A stretch of DNA of 64,000 bases from Paraphysomonas bandaiensis (Eukaryota > Protista > Chrysophyceae), in contig CBFFRP010000423.1 of NCBI GenBank assembly GCA_965644295.1, positions 62,001-126,000 of the forward strand. The letters run 5' to 3'. Positions 62,594 through 64,000 of the stretch are shown piece by piece (within the stretch, counting starts at the first letter, position 1; each line of letters starts with the position of its first letter). The notes beneath the pieces are model-generated. The model saw nothing but the letters and a program-made list of their open reading frames with translations. It had not been told where the DNA came from and did not search any database. The translations under genes were made by a program, and so were the position numbers.

Positions 62594-64000
62594 TCTAGTC
62601 TATTGCTCTCTAAACCATGATTAAATTTTGTTACTGTATCCAGATTGTATACTGCTTCAGAATAATGTTTACGTGACAACCCTATTATAAAGGTACCTGC
62701 AAAGATTACACAGGGTGTATCGTTAGTATCACCACCATGGTTTTAATGTTTTAATAGATATCGCCCTTACAATATGGCGATATAATTTAGAGTGCAGGAC
62801 ACTTTGCAAATTGAATCCATACACAACGTTTTGAACAATAGCGATATAGTAACTATAATCATTATCGAACAGTAGTATGTTATCTACTTACACAAAAATA
62901 CTAAGCAAGCAGACAACAAACGGAAGTCCAGGCCTTCCCATGGAAGCGACAGACGCTCTTCTTTAAATCAACAATGGGTATAGATATGAAGAGCTGATTT
63001 CGATTAGGGTTAGAAAAGCTTTAAAAGTATTAAGAGTCATTGATTCACGTATATCCCTTAACGCGTGAATACTAACACATGTATACAATGAAATACCAAA
63101 TAGACTGAATAATTACCAAACTATACATGAAACATGTGTGTGATGCTAAGAACGCTCTGCTCTAACGCATCTTGCTATTATACTATTAGGCCTTATCATT
63201 CAATCTTTATCTCTAATAATATCAAGTGTATCCTTACTAAATGCCAAGACTAACCTTATATCTTATTTAAAAGATCATGAGGATATGCAATATTTATATT
63301 CCCCAAACCCCCAAGGTCCATTAGGTACCTTGACATTTACTTAGTAATGTACCTATAGGCTATAGGTACTTATTTTGAGGCCCACCGATGGAGCTTCTGT
63401 AGAGTAGCTCCTTATTGTGCATAGCTCAGCCACTATGTCTATAGCTTATAGTAATATAATACAATACAAGTTACTATCAACTATCATAGGATCTGATCAC
63501 AACTATAAAATAGGCAACTCTTACGTAGTAGTAGAATTCGTGGAGCAGATCGCATACTTTACGATAAATATTGGGAAAATGGACTAGTATGAGTGCATGA
63601 ATAATTACATTTTCTCTACGACACTCTTCGTCGAGTTATCAAGAAAATATTTTGAAGAAATAAAAAACGTCGGAAAGATCTATGACATTTAACTGAGGTT
63701 AGTACAACATGTTGATACTATCCTGGCCTATCGTTTCTAACTGCCTTCAAAAGAGATGACGCAAATGCGGTCCTGAATAAAACATTATAAGACCATTAAA
63801 TACGACCACAGAAACGGTGTATACGTTTAACAACATCTCACCTCCCACAACTGATGGCTTCATCTAAAAATTTGTATACTAAATGCTCAGCGGGCTTAGC
63901 ATCACGCTTTCGCATATGCGTAATTACGAACGTTCCCAATTCAATTTTCTACCATATAATAAATATTAGACCCTTACAGTGATATGATGACAGCACCTTA

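Noticed and set aside
52251-63012. Telomere-like TTAGGGTTAG / CCCTAACC words at about 52251, 52533 and 63004
   Set aside because: Fewer than two full units each; expected by chance.
1-64000. tRNA, rRNA or snRNA genes
   Set aside because: None recognised by eye; a covariance-model scan (tRNAscan-SE/Infernal) would be needed to exclude them.

Overview
Gene-dense eukaryotic nuclear DNA with short (about 45-60 nt) GT-AG introns. The protein and transposon styles suggest a stramenopile-type protist (inference). About 17 host genes can be reconstructed by eye: a partial Cys-rich membrane protein, a PKA regulatory subunit, a protein with four hnRNP-Q/NURR-like domains, an EamA/DMT transporter, a GT8/IPUT1-like multi-TM protein, two ankyrin-repeat proteins, an arylsulfatase, RPL35A, PRP6, a UEV/MMS2, a hotdog thioesterase, an RS-rich protein, an ArfGAP-C2 protein, a BRCT-Nudix fusion and two hypotheticals. 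Mobile and repeat features are: (i) a chromodomain Ty3/gypsy element with identical 207-bp LTRs inserted into a (TATG)n tract between two divergent genes, lacking gag and the RT catalytic core but keeping an intact integrase; (ii) a 10.6-kb array of about 53 near-identical 197-bp units, each a long foldback whose two arms resemble inverted Ty1/copia LTR-end/PBS junctions, continuous with a copia gag relic on the left and abutting an hAT-transposase relic on the right; (iii) a ~150-bp MITE-like repeat found four times, each 90-310 bp upstream of a start codon; (iv) long (TATG)n/(CATA)n tracts at gene 5' ends. The hairpin array in its TE-relic context is the best candidate for an undescribed system, possibly a TE-derived small-RNA locus. 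All assignments are by manual reading; no database searches were run.
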